From a virus (taxonomy: Duplodnaviria > Caudoviricetes): a stretch of 51,359 bases of DNA. The notes under the pieces are model-generated. The model was not told where the DNA came from. It saw nothing but the letters and a program-made list of their open reading frames with translations, and did no database searches. The DNA lies in the IMG/VR virus record IMGVR_UViG_3300049596_000773, positions 1 to 51,359 of that record; one strand, 5' to 3'. Made by a program: the position numbers and the translations under genes. This document shows positions 9,058 through 18,530 of the stretch, piece after piece; position 1 is the stretch's first letter; every line of letters begins with the position of its first letter.

Positions 9058-11418
9058 ATGACAAACCAAGCTCCTCCAGACGGGAAACTTGCTGACTTAA
9101 CCAAGTCAGGGGAGCCGATTAAATCGCGCGTCTCAGACCCGAAGCACGCGCTGAAAATCTGTCAGCGATTCGTTAATGACGACCGGCTAAGGGCTGCTCG
9201 TCGCGCCAAAGTGCAAGGCGCATTTGACGGCAACGCCCCAAAGGCGCAAGGCGATCTTATCAAGGCCGGACGCGGAAATGACTCCAACTTAAACTTCAAG
9301 CGGCATCGCGGAAACATTATGAACGCGTGGACACCGTTCTTCGATATGGTGTGCGAGGTTCCGCTCTGCATTGACGGCGATCTGGACTACGGCGACGCGG
9401 CTCAGGACGCGGAATTGATGCGCGGGTTTGCCGAGTATTTTCACAGCATGGTTTTCAACTGGCGCGGGTTTGACGATATGAGCCAGCTTTGCGACCTGCA
9501 AATGCTTCTCCACGGTCCCGGCGTGCTGGCGTGGGAGGATTCGCTGGATTGGCGTCCGAAGGCGATTCTGGCGGGGAACATATACTTTCCAGACGGCACC
9601 GAGCTTTCCTTGGACAACTGCGAAATGGCGATGGTCTTTACGCCCATGAGCGCCGGCCAACTCTGGCGCAAGATTGAGAACGAAAAGGCCGCAACGGCAG
9701 CGGGATGGAATGTCGAGGCGGTGAAGCAGGTCATCATGGACAGCGCCACCAACGGCAGCGAAGCCTACGGATGGAATCGCGAGTGGCAGCGGTGGAATCA
9801 GGCGTTTAAGAACGGCGACATCTACGTGACGCAAACGCAGACGAAACGCATCCAGCTTTCCACGTTGTTTGTCGAGGAAATGGACGGAACGATTTCGCAG
9901 AAGATCGTCCCCGCAAAAGAGGGGCAGGCAAATTTCGATTTCATCTTTGACAGCCAAAGCCGGTATGAGGGCTGGGACCAGTGCATCTGTCTGTTTCCCT
10001 ACGACATTGGGGCCGATGGAACGTATCATTCCATCAAAGGACTTGGCACCGACATTTATCCTTTCTGCGCGTTGCTGAATCAGATTGACAACAGCATTGC
10101 TGACCTTGTGGTAACAGGCATCAAGCCGATGTGGCAACCGACCACGAACGCCAAGTTGGAAGACTTCAAGATGGTCAAATGGGGTGGCGGCAACTTCATC
10201 CCGAACGGAATCAACCCGCTCCAGTTGAACATGAGTCAGGGGATCAATCCGGCGCTGGAAGTGTCTGCGGCGTTCACGCAAACGTTAATCCAGAACACCG
10301 CAGCATCCAACCAGAATGACTTGGCCGCGCCGACCGTGGAGGAAACCGCCAAGGGCGCGATGATTCGCGCCGCTGAGCGCGCGAAGGTTTCCAAGGGACT
10401 GCACAACCGATACATGCGATGCAAAGACCGGCAGTATTCGGAGATGTGGCGTCGGGCGACAAACCCTGATTTGAAGCCTTGGCATTCTGGCGCAAAAGAG
10501 GCGCTAAAGTTTCAGGAACGGTGCTACAAACTTTGCGACAAGCTGGGAGTGGAGCATAAAGCGTTGCAGGCTGTGACAGGCATCCGCGCCAATCGTTCGC
10601 TGGGGCTTGGCAGCGCAGCCATGCGAATTGAAATCGTCAATCAGTTGATGGCGAACATAGACCGCTTTGATGAGGTGGGGCAGAACGAAATCAAACGCCA
10701 GTTCGTTTCGGTGATGACGAGCTTCCACAGCGTTGACGCCATTGTTCCAAGTCTCACAACCGGACGGGACGCCACTAACGATGCGGCACTTGCGGCGCAG
10801 GAAGACAATGGCTTCTCGATGCTTGGCGAAGAGGCGGAGGCGATGGTTGTGCCGGGACAAAATCACGTCATTCATCTGGAGGTTCACATTCCGTCTATGC
10901 AGAAAGATATGGCGATGTGCCAAGCCGGAGAGCAGGCACCGGAAGAGTGCGACAAACGATTGGAGGCGAAAGGCAAACACGCGGGAGAACATCTTGCCAA
11001 GCTCGCTGGAAATCCTACGCGCAAACGCGAATACAAGCAGTTCAAGATGGCGTTGGATGAGATGGCTGCGTTCAAGGATCAACTTGAAGCCATGCTGGAA
11101 CAGCAGGCAGAAGACGCGCCTCCGCCGCCTGACCAGCCGACGCCTGAGATGGCGAAGGTGCAGGGCAATCTGGCGATCAAAGCCGAGAAAGAGCAGGCTA
11201 CGATGCAACTGCGCGAGCAGAAGCAAGCGTTCGATCAGCAGATGAAGCTGCAACAAGCGCAATTCGATGCTATTTTAGCCAAGGCGAAGCAGGATGCTAA
11301 AATCGCAATGGAAGACGCTGATACGGCAGCATCCATCAACCGTTCCACGGCAGAGAGTCGCGCCTATACAGCGATGGACATGGAAAAGGCAGCAACCGAA
11401 AAAACCGATGAGAAATGA
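9058..11418 (+). CDS. Portal protein (probable)
   Basis: About 786 aa, located downstream of terL and upstream of scaffold/capsid, with a long Q/E/A-rich C-terminal coiled coil typical of podovirus portals. ATG 9058 follows the promoter motif. Confidence 0.75.
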   Translation: MTNQAPPDGKLADLTKSGEPIKSRVSDPKHALKICQRFVNDDRLRAARRAKVQGAFDGNAPKAQGDLIKAGRGNDSNLNFKRHRGNIMNAWTPFFDMVCEVPLCIDGDLDYGDAAQDAELMRGFAEYFHSMVFNWRGFDDMSQLCDLQMLLHGPGVLAWEDSLDWRPKAILAGNIYFPDGTELSLDNCEMAMVFTPMSAGQLWRKIENEKAATAAGWNVEAVKQVIMDSATNGSEAYGWNREWQRWNQAFKNGDIYVTQTQTKRIQLSTLFVEEMDGTISQKIVPAKEGQANFDFIFDSQSRYEGWDQCICLFPYDIGADGTYHSIKGLGTDIYPFCALLNQIDNSIADLVVTGIKPMWQPTTNAKLEDFKMVKWGGGNFIPNGINPLQLNMSQGINPALEVSAAFTQTLIQNTAASNQNDLAAPTVEETAKGAMIRAAERAKVSKGLHNRYMRCKDRQYSEMWRRATNPDLKPWHSGAKEALKFQERCYKLCDKLGVEHKALQAVTGIRANRSLGLGSAAMRIEIVNQLMANIDRFDEVGQNEIKRQFVSVMTSFHSVDAIVPSLTTGRDATNDAALAAQEDNGFSMLGEEAEAMVVPGQNHVIHLEVHIPSMQKDMAMCQAGEQAPEECDKRLEAKGKHAGEHLAKLAGNPTRKREYKQFKMALDEMAAFKDQLEAMLEQQAEDAPPPPDQPTPEMAKVQGNLAIKAEKEQATMQLREQKQAFDQQMKLQQAQFDAILAKAKQDAKIAMEDADTAASINRSTAESRAYTAMDMEKAATEKTDEK

Positions 11419-11690
11419 CTAAGGCGGATTTCATTAAGGAGTGGGGCGCGGACTGGCGCAAACTGGCAGGCAGACCAATCTTCTCGGCGCTTTTATCAGC
11501 GATAGATGATGAAAGCCCTTCGCGAATCATTGCCGTGCGAAGTGATGCGGACGTTCTGCACGGTGGACCCGTGCTGGCCGCTGAGATTCGAGGGCATGAA
11601 CGGCTGCGCGCCTTCCTCGTTTCACTATCCACCGAGCAGGACAAACATTTTGAGCCGGACGACAAATTCGGAGAACCTGAAAAAATATGA
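11415..11690 (+). CDS. Small hypothetical head-module protein
   Basis: ATGA overlaps with both portal and scaffold. Confidence 0.7.
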   Translation: MTKADFIKEWGADWRKLAGRPIFSALLSAIDDESPSRIIAVRSDADVLHGGPVLAAEIRGHERLRAFLVSLSTEQDKHFEPDDKFGEPEKI

Positions 11691-12853
11691 GCACCACCAT
11701 CGCGGAAGCACCGCCAGCCGAAAACAAGCCAAGCCCGTTTCATGCGGCGCTGGAAAATGCGTTCAAGGGAGACGACGCGCCACCTGTCGAAACCAAACCG
11801 GAAGCAGTCGCCAAGCCTGCCGAGGCTGCTAAGGAAAGCTCTAAGTCGGTTCCTGACACACTGTTCAAGAAGCCGGACGCCGACGCGAAGCCGCCCGAAG
11901 AAGCGCCGCCAGCCAAAGCTGCTGCGGATGAAATCGCCGAGCCGCCAAAGCTGGACGCCAAGGGCAAGGCAGGGTGGGAGGCGTTGAAGAAAACGGCGCG
12001 AGAAGAGGCGACCAAGCGGGCGGAACTTGAGAAGCAAATAGAGGAGTGGAAATCCAAAGGCCGCGATCCTGAGACGCTGGAAAAGCAGCTTGCCGAGCGC
12101 GACAAGAAGCTGTCTGAATACGAGACTAAGGTGGCGCGGGTTGACCTGGAATCGAGCGAGAGTTTCCAGCGCGAAATCGTAGAACCGCGCAACCGCGAGA
12201 TGCAACGCGCCAAAGCATTTGCCGAAGAAATCGACGCAAACCCGGAGGAACTGACTGCGGCACTGTCACTGACCGGAAAGGCGCGGGCCAACGCGCTGCG
12301 CGATCTGGCGCTTGACCTTGACCCGGTGCAAAGCGGTCGGCTTGGCCGCATCATTGAGAAGATGGACGAGTTGCATGAGCGCGCCGAGTCGGAGCGGGCC
12401 AATGCCAAGACGTATTTGGAACAGCGCACGGAACGCGAGCGTCTGGACAAGCTGGCCGAGCATGGCGAGTTCGTAAAAACCAAGTTCTTGCAATTCGAGG
12501 ACACGACCAAGCGGCTCAAGGCGCGGCTGGAAATCCTAAACCAAGTGGACGGTCACGAAGATTGGAACACCAAGTCAAAGGCCGTTGTGGAAAGCGCCCG
12601 CGCTTACATTCAGGAAAATCCCTACGCCGATGTGGAGGCGGTGATTGAGGCGAAGGCCATGCCGGTTTATCGTGAACTGTTTCTGGAAACTCGCGAACGC
12701 GAGGCGGCACTGGAATCAAAGGTTGCTGAAATGGAGAAGGAACTGAAAGCGATTCATGGACGTTCACCGTCTCTGACGCAGCGCGGGGCAGCGGCAGAAG
12801 TTGGCAACAAGAAGCCGTTTAGCTCCATGATTGCGGAGGCGTTCGGGCAATGA
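11687..12853 (+). CDS. Capsid scaffolding protein (probable)
   Basis: P/A/E/K-rich N-terminus and charged coiled coil; lies between portal and capsid. Confidence 0.7.
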   Translation: MSTTIAEAPPAENKPSPFHAALENAFKGDDAPPVETKPEAVAKPAEAAKESSKSVPDTLFKKPDADAKPPEEAPPAKAAADEIAEPPKLDAKGKAGWEALKKTAREEATKRAELEKQIEEWKSKGRDPETLEKQLAERDKKLSEYETKVARVDLESSESFQREIVEPRNREMQRAKAFAEEIDANPEELTAALSLTGKARANALRDLALDLDPVQSGRLGRIIEKMDELHERAESERANAKTYLEQRTERERLDKLAEHGEFVKTKFLQFEDTTKRLKARLEILNQVDGHEDWNTKSKAVVESARAYIQENPYADVEAVIEAKAMPVYRELFLETREREAALESKVAEMEKELKAIHGRSPSLTQRGAAAEVGNKKPFSSMIAEAFGQ

Positions 12854-12862
12854 ATACTAACG

Positions 12863-12939
12863 ACATACCGACCCCAAGCTCAGCGACTGCGGAGGCGAGT
12901 CCGCGAGCCGAAGCAGTTCGCTGGAGCGCATGGTTGGGC
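12863..12939 (-). mobile_element. attC-like site (attC-a)
   Basis: Minus strand reads GCCCAAC-catgc-GCTCCAGCGAAC...GTCGCTGAGC-ttggggtc-GGTATGT: R'', bulged L boxes and a variant R'. Confidence 0.75.
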
Positions 12940-12954
12940 GACGTTGGATTGCGG

Positions 12955-13284
12955 CTAGAATCCGTCATCTGTAAAAGTGTCTGGAGGATCGCTTTTGTCC
13001 GCAAAGTCGTTCCATCGCTGCTTATCATTATTCGCCTGCGCTTCCTTGAACTTCGCATGTTCTTGTTGAAGCTCCAGATGTGTTGCGAGCAGCGCCGAAT
13101 TGCGAAGTTCTGCCGTCTCAAGGCTGATAACGAGCGATTCATTTCTAGCCTTCAATTCGGAAAAAGACCTGTCAAACGCAGCGGCTTGGTCACGTATGCT
13201 GATAACTTTCGGTTTCCATTCTGAAACAGATGCGCCGCTGGTGAATATACCATCAAGAAAATCAATTAGGTCTGCGGATGTCAT
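12955..13284 (-). CDS. Gene-cassette-borne hypothetical coiled-coil protein (109 aa)
   Basis: The only antisense gene inside the head operon; bracketed by two attC-like sites, with its stop codon 15 nt before R''. Confidence 0.7.
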   Translation of the reverse strand: MTSADLIDFLDGIFTSGASVSEWKPKVISIRDQAAAFDRSFSELKARNESLVISLETAELRNSALLATHLELQQEHAKFKEAQANNDKQRWNDFADKSDPPDTFTDDGF

Positions 13285-13322
13285 AATATGAATAAATCGA
13301 ACGAGATGCAGGGTGCTCAGTC

Positions 13323-13390
13323 GCCTAAAAAACAAGCTCAGCGAATGGCGAAGCGAAGCGGAGCCGGTTCGCTGGAGCGTGCTGGTATGT
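13323..13390 (-). mobile_element. attC-like site (attC-b), degenerate R' (TTTAGGC)
   Basis: Minus strand reads ACATACC-agcac-GCTCCAGCGAAC...TTCGCTGAGC-ttgttt-TTTAGGC. Confidence 0.7.
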
Positions 13391-13403
13391 CTGGAGGAAA
13401 GCC

Positions 13404-14318
13404 GTGATTCTCGTCATTGCGTTCTGCCAGAAAGACAAGGCGACAACCGTTCGTCTTGCCAACTGGATTGCAGAATTAGGTGGCACGTCCCGGCATGATC
13501 TGCTGCTAGCATTTCACGAAGACACCACGCCGGACCCGATTCACGAAATCCTCAAACCGCACTTCAACCACGTCGGCGGATTCAAGATTAGCGACTCGGA
13601 GACGACTTACCCGGCCATTGCCAATATCATGTGGCATGAGTGCGTGAAGACCGTTGCTGACCAGTTCAATGTTCCGTGGTTCTGGATGGAACCGGATGCC
13701 GTGCCGCTGGTGCCGGAGTGGTTGGACAAGATCGAGGACGAATACCTTGCGGCCAAGAAGCCGTTCATGCTGGACAAGGTGATTACGCCTACGCGCTCGC
13801 ACAATAGCGGCGTGGGAGTGTATCCAGGCAGGGTGCGAGACTACACCATTCGCCTGTGGGAGCTTTCAAACATCCCGTGGGACGTATTCTTGGCGGAGGA
13901 GTTCACGCCGTTCACGCATCATACCGCGCTGATTCACGACAAGTTCTATCGGGTGTGGGAAGACCCGAACAGCGGTCCTCCGATTTTTCCTGACGCAGCA
14001 TCGCTGTCCATCATTGAACCGGGTGCCGTGCTTTTCCATCGTAACAAGGACGGCAGCCTAATGGATCGTCTGCGCGAATCGCGGGGTGGTGTAATCGCAG
14101 CACAGCCGCACTCATCGGCGGTAGGAGCTTGTTCAAGTCAAGCCCCCGCAACTGTGGACACGGATGCACTGCTGCGGAGAATCGCGGAACTAGAAGAAAA
14201 GCTGAAATTACAAACTGTAACAACTTCGGTTACAGAAGGAAAAAAACAGCGCACGCTGGAACAGATTCAGGCCGCAAAGGACAGGATGGCGAAGGCGCGT
14301 GCCGGGAGGAAGAAGTGA
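13404..14318 (+). CDS. Putative GT-A-fold glycosyltransferase-like protein
   Basis: WFWMEPDAVPL (ExD metal motif after a hydrophobic strand), SGVGVYP, PWD and a late FH motif. Confidence 0.55.
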   Translation: MILVIAFCQKDKATTVRLANWIAELGGTSRHDLLLAFHEDTTPDPIHEILKPHFNHVGGFKISDSETTYPAIANIMWHECVKTVADQFNVPWFWMEPDAVPLVPEWLDKIEDEYLAAKKPFMLDKVITPTRSHNSGVGVYPGRVRDYTIRLWELSNIPWDVFLAEEFTPFTHHTALIHDKFYRVWEDPNSGPPIFPDAASLSIIEPGAVLFHRNKDGSLMDRLRESRGGVIAAQPHSSAVGACSSQAPATVDTDALLRRIAELEEKLKLQTVTTSVTEGKKQRTLEQIQAAKDRMAKARAGRKK

Positions 14319-15004
14319 ACTGCGACATCTTCATTCGCAGCTACGAAAAGGATTTCGAGTGGTTGAAATACTGCCTTCGTTCCATTCAGAGATTCGCCAC
14401 CGGATTCAGGAACGTAATTGTGGTGGTGCCGAATGGACAAACGCCACCGACCGGGCCAGTCGAAAAGGTGTTCTTTGTGCATGAAGGATGCGACGGATAC
14501 ATGCACCAGCAACTTACCAAGCTGCACGCGGACTGCTTTTCGGACGCTGACGTGTTTCTCTGCATGGATAGCGATACGATATTCACTCGGCCAATCTCGG
14601 CTGGAGATGCGTTTGCGCCGTGGCTTTACACGCCATACGCCAGCCTGAACGATCCGAACACGATGACATGGCGGAAGGTGGTGGAAAAAGCCATTGGGGT
14701 ACTGCCGGACTACGAGTTCATGCGGCGGCATCCACTGAGCGTTCAGCGATGGATGCTGCACGGATTACGCGAGTTCTTCTGGCAAAAGCACGGCATGAGC
14801 TTGGAAAGCTACATCATCGCGCAGCCGGGACATGAGTTCAGCGAATGGAACGTCATCGGCGCTTGGCTGTGGTATTTTCATCGGAGCAAAGTCCAGTGGC
14901 AGAATACGGATGAGAAATTGGGTGTTCCGTTCGTGCATCAGTCGTATTCGTGGGGCGGACTCAACGATGACATTCGCAAGAACATGGAGGCGGCGCTGGT
15001 ATGA
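14315..15004 (+). CDS. Putative glycosyltransferase (GT-A; DUF6492-like)
   Basis: IFIRSYEKDFEWLKYCLRSI start, QQLTKL, CMDSD (DxD) and FSEWN motifs; GTG start overlaps the upstream TGA. Confidence 0.6.
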   Translation: MNCDIFIRSYEKDFEWLKYCLRSIQRFATGFRNVIVVVPNGQTPPTGPVEKVFFVHEGCDGYMHQQLTKLHADCFSDADVFLCMDSDTIFTRPISAGDAFAPWLYTPYASLNDPNTMTWRKVVEKAIGVLPDYEFMRRHPLSVQRWMLHGLREFFWQKHGMSLESYIIAQPGHEFSEWNVIGAWLWYFHRSKVQWQNTDEKLGVPFVHQSYSWGGLNDDIRKNMEAALV

Positions 15005-15756
15005 TTTACACCTTCGACACAAAGCGGTCGCAACTGCGGGAGGGATTCTATCAGACCGGCAGCGGGCCGCGTCGCGTGCTGATTGTCGGCTCCTGTCGCA
15101 CGATGGCGTTCCTGAACTATCTCGCAACGTGGAACGAGATGAGCGGAAACGGACTGACAATCCGTTACATCAACCCGTTTGACTGGCACTGGAACTCAGT
15201 GGACGAACTGGTGGATTTGGAAAAGGCAATTGACGCTCTGGAAATCAACAGCGGAATCCTTTCCGTGATAGGAGACACCGAGATATTCATTCACGAACAC
15301 TACGGAAACTACGGGATGTTCAATACCTCGCGTGAGGCATCCAAGAATATCTACCAGTTCGGGATGAAAGCGGAAACCGACATCAGCATCCCAAACTTTC
15401 ACGATCATTTCATTCTCTACAACGATTTCGCGGCGTTCGGCGAAGTGCCGGAAGATTGGAAGGAGCGTGGATTGGCAGCGGTGGAAAAGTTTTGCGACCT
15501 CTGCGCTAAAACCAGCTTCCCTGAGATGGCTGATTACTTCCGAAACAACTGGCGGCATACGCGCCTGTTCTGGACTCCAAATCATACCGGCGCGCTGTTC
15601 ACGCTTTACCTATTCCGGCAGATGAATGACAAGTTTTTGCATTTTTCTATGGAAAACGAGTTCTGGCAGCAGATTTGCGGTGACGATATGTTCCGCGATC
15701 CACATACTCCAGTCCATCCAAAGGACATCGAAGCCTACGGCCTAACCTGGAATTAA
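15001..15756 (+). CDS. WcbI-like polysaccharide modification (acyltransferase-type) protein
   Basis: LIVGSC near the N-terminus and LFWTPNH near the C-terminus resemble the WcbI-family GNC / LFxTxNH motifs. Confidence 0.45.
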   Translation: MIYTFDTKRSQLREGFYQTGSGPRRVLIVGSCRTMAFLNYLATWNEMSGNGLTIRYINPFDWHWNSVDELVDLEKAIDALEINSGILSVIGDTEIFIHEHYGNYGMFNTSREASKNIYQFGMKAETDISIPNFHDHFILYNDFAAFGEVPEDWKERGLAAVEKFCDLCAKTSFPEMADYFRNNWRHTRLFWTPNHTGALFTLYLFRQMNDKFLHFSMENEFWQQICGDDMFRDPHTPVHPKDIEAYGLTWN

Positions 15757-15760
15757 CATC

Positions 15761-16249
15761 ATGATTGAAACGCTAAATTGGGGGAGTCATCTTCCGGCGC
15801 TTATGGCCTGCGCGGCAGTATGCGAAGGTCCTGTTTTGGAAATTGGATGCGGACACTTCTCAACGCCATGCCTTCACGCAATTTGTTCGGCGCTAAATCT
15901 TCCGCTGGTCACAACTGAATTGGACGATAGCTGGAGAGAACAGTTCACAAGCTATTCCACACACGGACACCAAGTTCTTAAACAAACAGACGCTCTGTTG
16001 CAGGAACTAGCAAAGCAGCAATGGGGATTGGTTTTGGTAGATGACCAAGCGGATACGCGAGTTGACCGACTTAATTTGTTCTTCGATTCCGCTCGGTTTG
16101 TTTTGTTTCACGACGCTAATTTCCCTGAATACAAACAAATTTTGGATGGATGGATCGCGGGTCGCGGATGCTTCAACCGAACTTATACGCGTTACGGCCC
16201 ATTTACTTTAGTCGTATCCAAAACCCATCCAATTCCTGAGTTTGGATAG
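15761..16249 (+). CDS. Class I SAM-dependent methyltransferase-like protein
   Basis: VLEIGCGHFST motif I, LVLVD and VLFHD. Confidence 0.65.
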   Translation: MIETLNWGSHLPALMACAAVCEGPVLEIGCGHFSTPCLHAICSALNLPLVTTELDDSWREQFTSYSTHGHQVLKQTDALLQELAKQQWGLVLVDDQADTRVDRLNLFFDSARFVLFHDANFPEYKQILDGWIAGRGCFNRTYTRYGPFTLVVSKTHPIPEFG

Positions 16250-16252
16250 GCC

Positions 16253-17008
16253 ATGAAAATTGACCGAATAATGCTGGTTTGGGATGGAAACCCATTTTAT
16301 GAGGGTTTTTACGAAATGCACCAGCGTATTTGGGCAAAGCTCGGCATTGAAACGGCCTTGGTATTTGTTGCAAATGGAGAAAACGAACATTTGATCCCGT
16401 CCACCGGGGATGTTCGCGTTCTTTACGACAAGAGCAAAGTTCCGTTCACCCCGCCACCCGGACGCAACTGGAAAGCGACAATGGCAATTATTCATGGGCC
16501 GCGCCTGTTTCCGGGAGAGGTAATTAGGGTTTGTGGAATGGATCAATTTCCCGCCAGCCGACAATTTACTGACGCAGTGGACAAGGTGCCTTATGACGAA
16601 TTAGCAACATCCATCGGAGACATTACCCACGTTCCGACTGGCAGTATTGTTGCTCACCACGATGTATGGACTCGCATAATGAATCCGGCTCCAATGGATT
16701 TCACAGAGCTCATTGAATGGACGTGGGAGCGAAAGCCTGGCGCAAATTACGGATACGCAGAAACCTCTATTGGCTGGGGAAATGATGAGGTGACATTTGC
16801 TAATTTAATGCAGCAATGCCAAGGGCTGAAAGTGCGAACCCTTTTTCGTGACTGCTGGACAGATTGGCTGGATCGCACACTTGGTATTACGCAGATTGCA
16901 CCCGACGATCAATTATTGAAAGAAGGGTACTACACCGAACTTCATGTTCGCCAACCATTGTCGGATTGTGACAAAAAAACATTCGAGAGGCTGGTTGAAA
17001 TACTGTAA
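16253..17008 (+). CDS. Hypothetical protein, possibly glycosyltransferase-like
   Basis: Intact 251-aa ORF within the glycan cluster; MDQFP and WGNDE motifs; AT-richer than its neighbours. Confidence 0.45.
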   Translation: MKIDRIMLVWDGNPFYEGFYEMHQRIWAKLGIETALVFVANGENEHLIPSTGDVRVLYDKSKVPFTPPPGRNWKATMAIIHGPRLFPGEVIRVCGMDQFPASRQFTDAVDKVPYDELATSIGDITHVPTGSIVAHHDVWTRIMNPAPMDFTELIEWTWERKPGANYGYAETSIGWGNDEVTFANLMQQCQGLKVRTLFRDCWTDWLDRTLGITQIAPDDQLLKEGYYTELHVRQPLSDCDKKTFERLVEIL

Positions 17009-17033
17009 TGGCGTGGGGTTTCAAAAATAATCG

Positions 17034-17060
17034 TTGACCTTTTTACGGAAGTGCCGTAAA
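17034..17060 (+). promoter_or_regulatory. Putative capsid promoter/operator (TTGACC plus TTTACG-N7-CGTAAA)
   Basis: TTGACC-17 nt-TAAAAA, with the palindrome occupying the spacer. Confidence 0.7.
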
Positions 17061-17215
17061 AACCTGTTCAGAGGTTCTATTCAGCCGTGCTCCTCCGGTA
17101 AAACTTGGGCTGTATCACAGGGATTGGCCCGCCTGAAACCAAAACGTGCGCCTGCTATCGGCGGGGATTTCGCACGGTTTCACGTCCACACACGCAGTTT
17201 TACCTACCTACTCTC

Positions 17216-18466
17216 ATGGCCTGTCCCAATCCGTTTTCAGCAATCCAAATCGCGACCGAGTATCTCGGCAGAGAAATTTACGGCATCCCCACTCCGGCGA
17301 CGCCTTACTTCAACTTCGTCGAACGCGGCGTGTTCCCCAAGAACGCGGGCGTTACGATGTCCACATTCATCGCCGGTCGCGTCGAACCTGACAGCAAATC
17401 CGCTGGCTGGTCTGCCGTCACTCTTGACGGCGCTGGTTCCGGCACTACCGGGCCGACCATCACTGGCGGCATATGCGCGGACAGCTTTACTGCTGTTCCG
17501 GTCGGCTTCGACACGCTGCAATACTCGCCCCGCAAGCTCCAGCTTCAAGGGCCGTCCATCTGCCGCGACACGCTCACCTTCGCGCATCAGCCGACCAAGT
17601 TCATTCAGCAGCACTACATCCCGTCGCTTGCCCACTACGTGAAGCGTAAGATCGACTTGGAGTTCCGCGACCAGATCATCAAGTTCTCGAACAAGATGTC
17701 CCTCGCTGCGGGCGGTTTCTCCAATGTCGTCACCGCCACCACTAACCCGACCGTGAAGCCGACTTCGCAGTTGAACTGGACTTGGTTGGACGGCGTTGCT
17801 GTTCGCCTAATCGGCGATGGCGCGGCCAACTCGGACGGCGACGTGATTGAGATGGGGCCGGACGGTCCAGTGTTCCCTGCCTTCATCGGCCTGGAGGCGC
17901 TGAATCGCCTGTTTATGAACGGACCCGCTTCCGCTCCTACCGCCTTCCGTCAGGACTTCCAGTATGCCGACATGGGCAAGGGCGCAATGGCCGAAACCAT
18001 GAAGGCAATCGGCGCTTCCCGGCAGATCAAGAACTTCCGGTTCGCTCCAGTCACGAATCCGCCTCGGTTCACTTGGAACAACCAAACTCTCGTCGAGGTC
18101 GAGCAGTTCGAGTTCACGGACGCCACGCACGGTCAGAAGTCCGTGGAAACTAGCGCGTATCAAAACGCGGAATACGAAGCCATCGTCATCCCGCATCGTC
18201 GCCAGTTCAAGGCGGACATCCTAACACCGGACAACGCCGGACTCGACTTCGATCCAGGCATGTGGACTGGCGACTGGAAGTTCGTCACGGGCGGAGAGCG
18301 CATCGTATCGAACAACGTGTGCTTCGACCCGCTGCACAAGTGGGGAGCGCACTTCGCCGAGTTCTACTACGCGCCGGAACCGATCCACACCAACTACGGC
18401 TGGGTGCTGTTCTACAAGCGTTGCCAGAACGATCAAGCCGTGACGGTCTGCACGAGCGGCCTGTAA
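17216..18466 (+). CDS. Major capsid protein (probable)
   Basis: 416 aa with strong C-ending codon bias, its own promoter and a terminator; position downstream of the scaffold gene. Confidence 0.75.
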   Translation: MACPNPFSAIQIATEYLGREIYGIPTPATPYFNFVERGVFPKNAGVTMSTFIAGRVEPDSKSAGWSAVTLDGAGSGTTGPTITGGICADSFTAVPVGFDTLQYSPRKLQLQGPSICRDTLTFAHQPTKFIQQHYIPSLAHYVKRKIDLEFRDQIIKFSNKMSLAAGGFSNVVTATTNPTVKPTSQLNWTWLDGVAVRLIGDGAANSDGDVIEMGPDGPVFPAFIGLEALNRLFMNGPASAPTAFRQDFQYADMGKGAMAETMKAIGASRQIKNFRFAPVTNPPRFTWNNQTLVEVEQFEFTDATHGQKSVETSAYQNAEYEAIVIPHRRQFKADILTPDNAGLDFDPGMWTGDWKFVTGGERIVSNNVCFDPLHKWGAHFAEFYYAPEPIHTNYGWVLFYKRCQNDQAVTVCTSGL

Positions 18467-18486
18467 GCAACCCGCAACCATCAACC

Positions 18487-18518
18487 GGGCGGTCCTGAGC
18501 AATCGGGACCGCCCTTTT
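18487..18518 (+). terminator. Rho-independent terminator
   Basis: GGGCGGTCCTGA-GCAA-TCGGGACCGCCC followed by TTTT, directly after the capsid stop. Confidence 0.85.
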
Positions 18519-18530
18519 GGGTGAAAACCT

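Noticed and set aside
12850-13224. Plus-strand 124-aa ORF
   Set aside because: It is translated attC plus the antisense of the cassette gene. Its ATG overlapping the scaffold stop may be real, but the product is not credible.
17071-17138. HDV-like ribozyme in the capsid leader
   Set aside because: A nested pseudoknot can be drawn, but P1 is weak and the catalytic J4/2 strand is missing; kept only as a generic structured leader.
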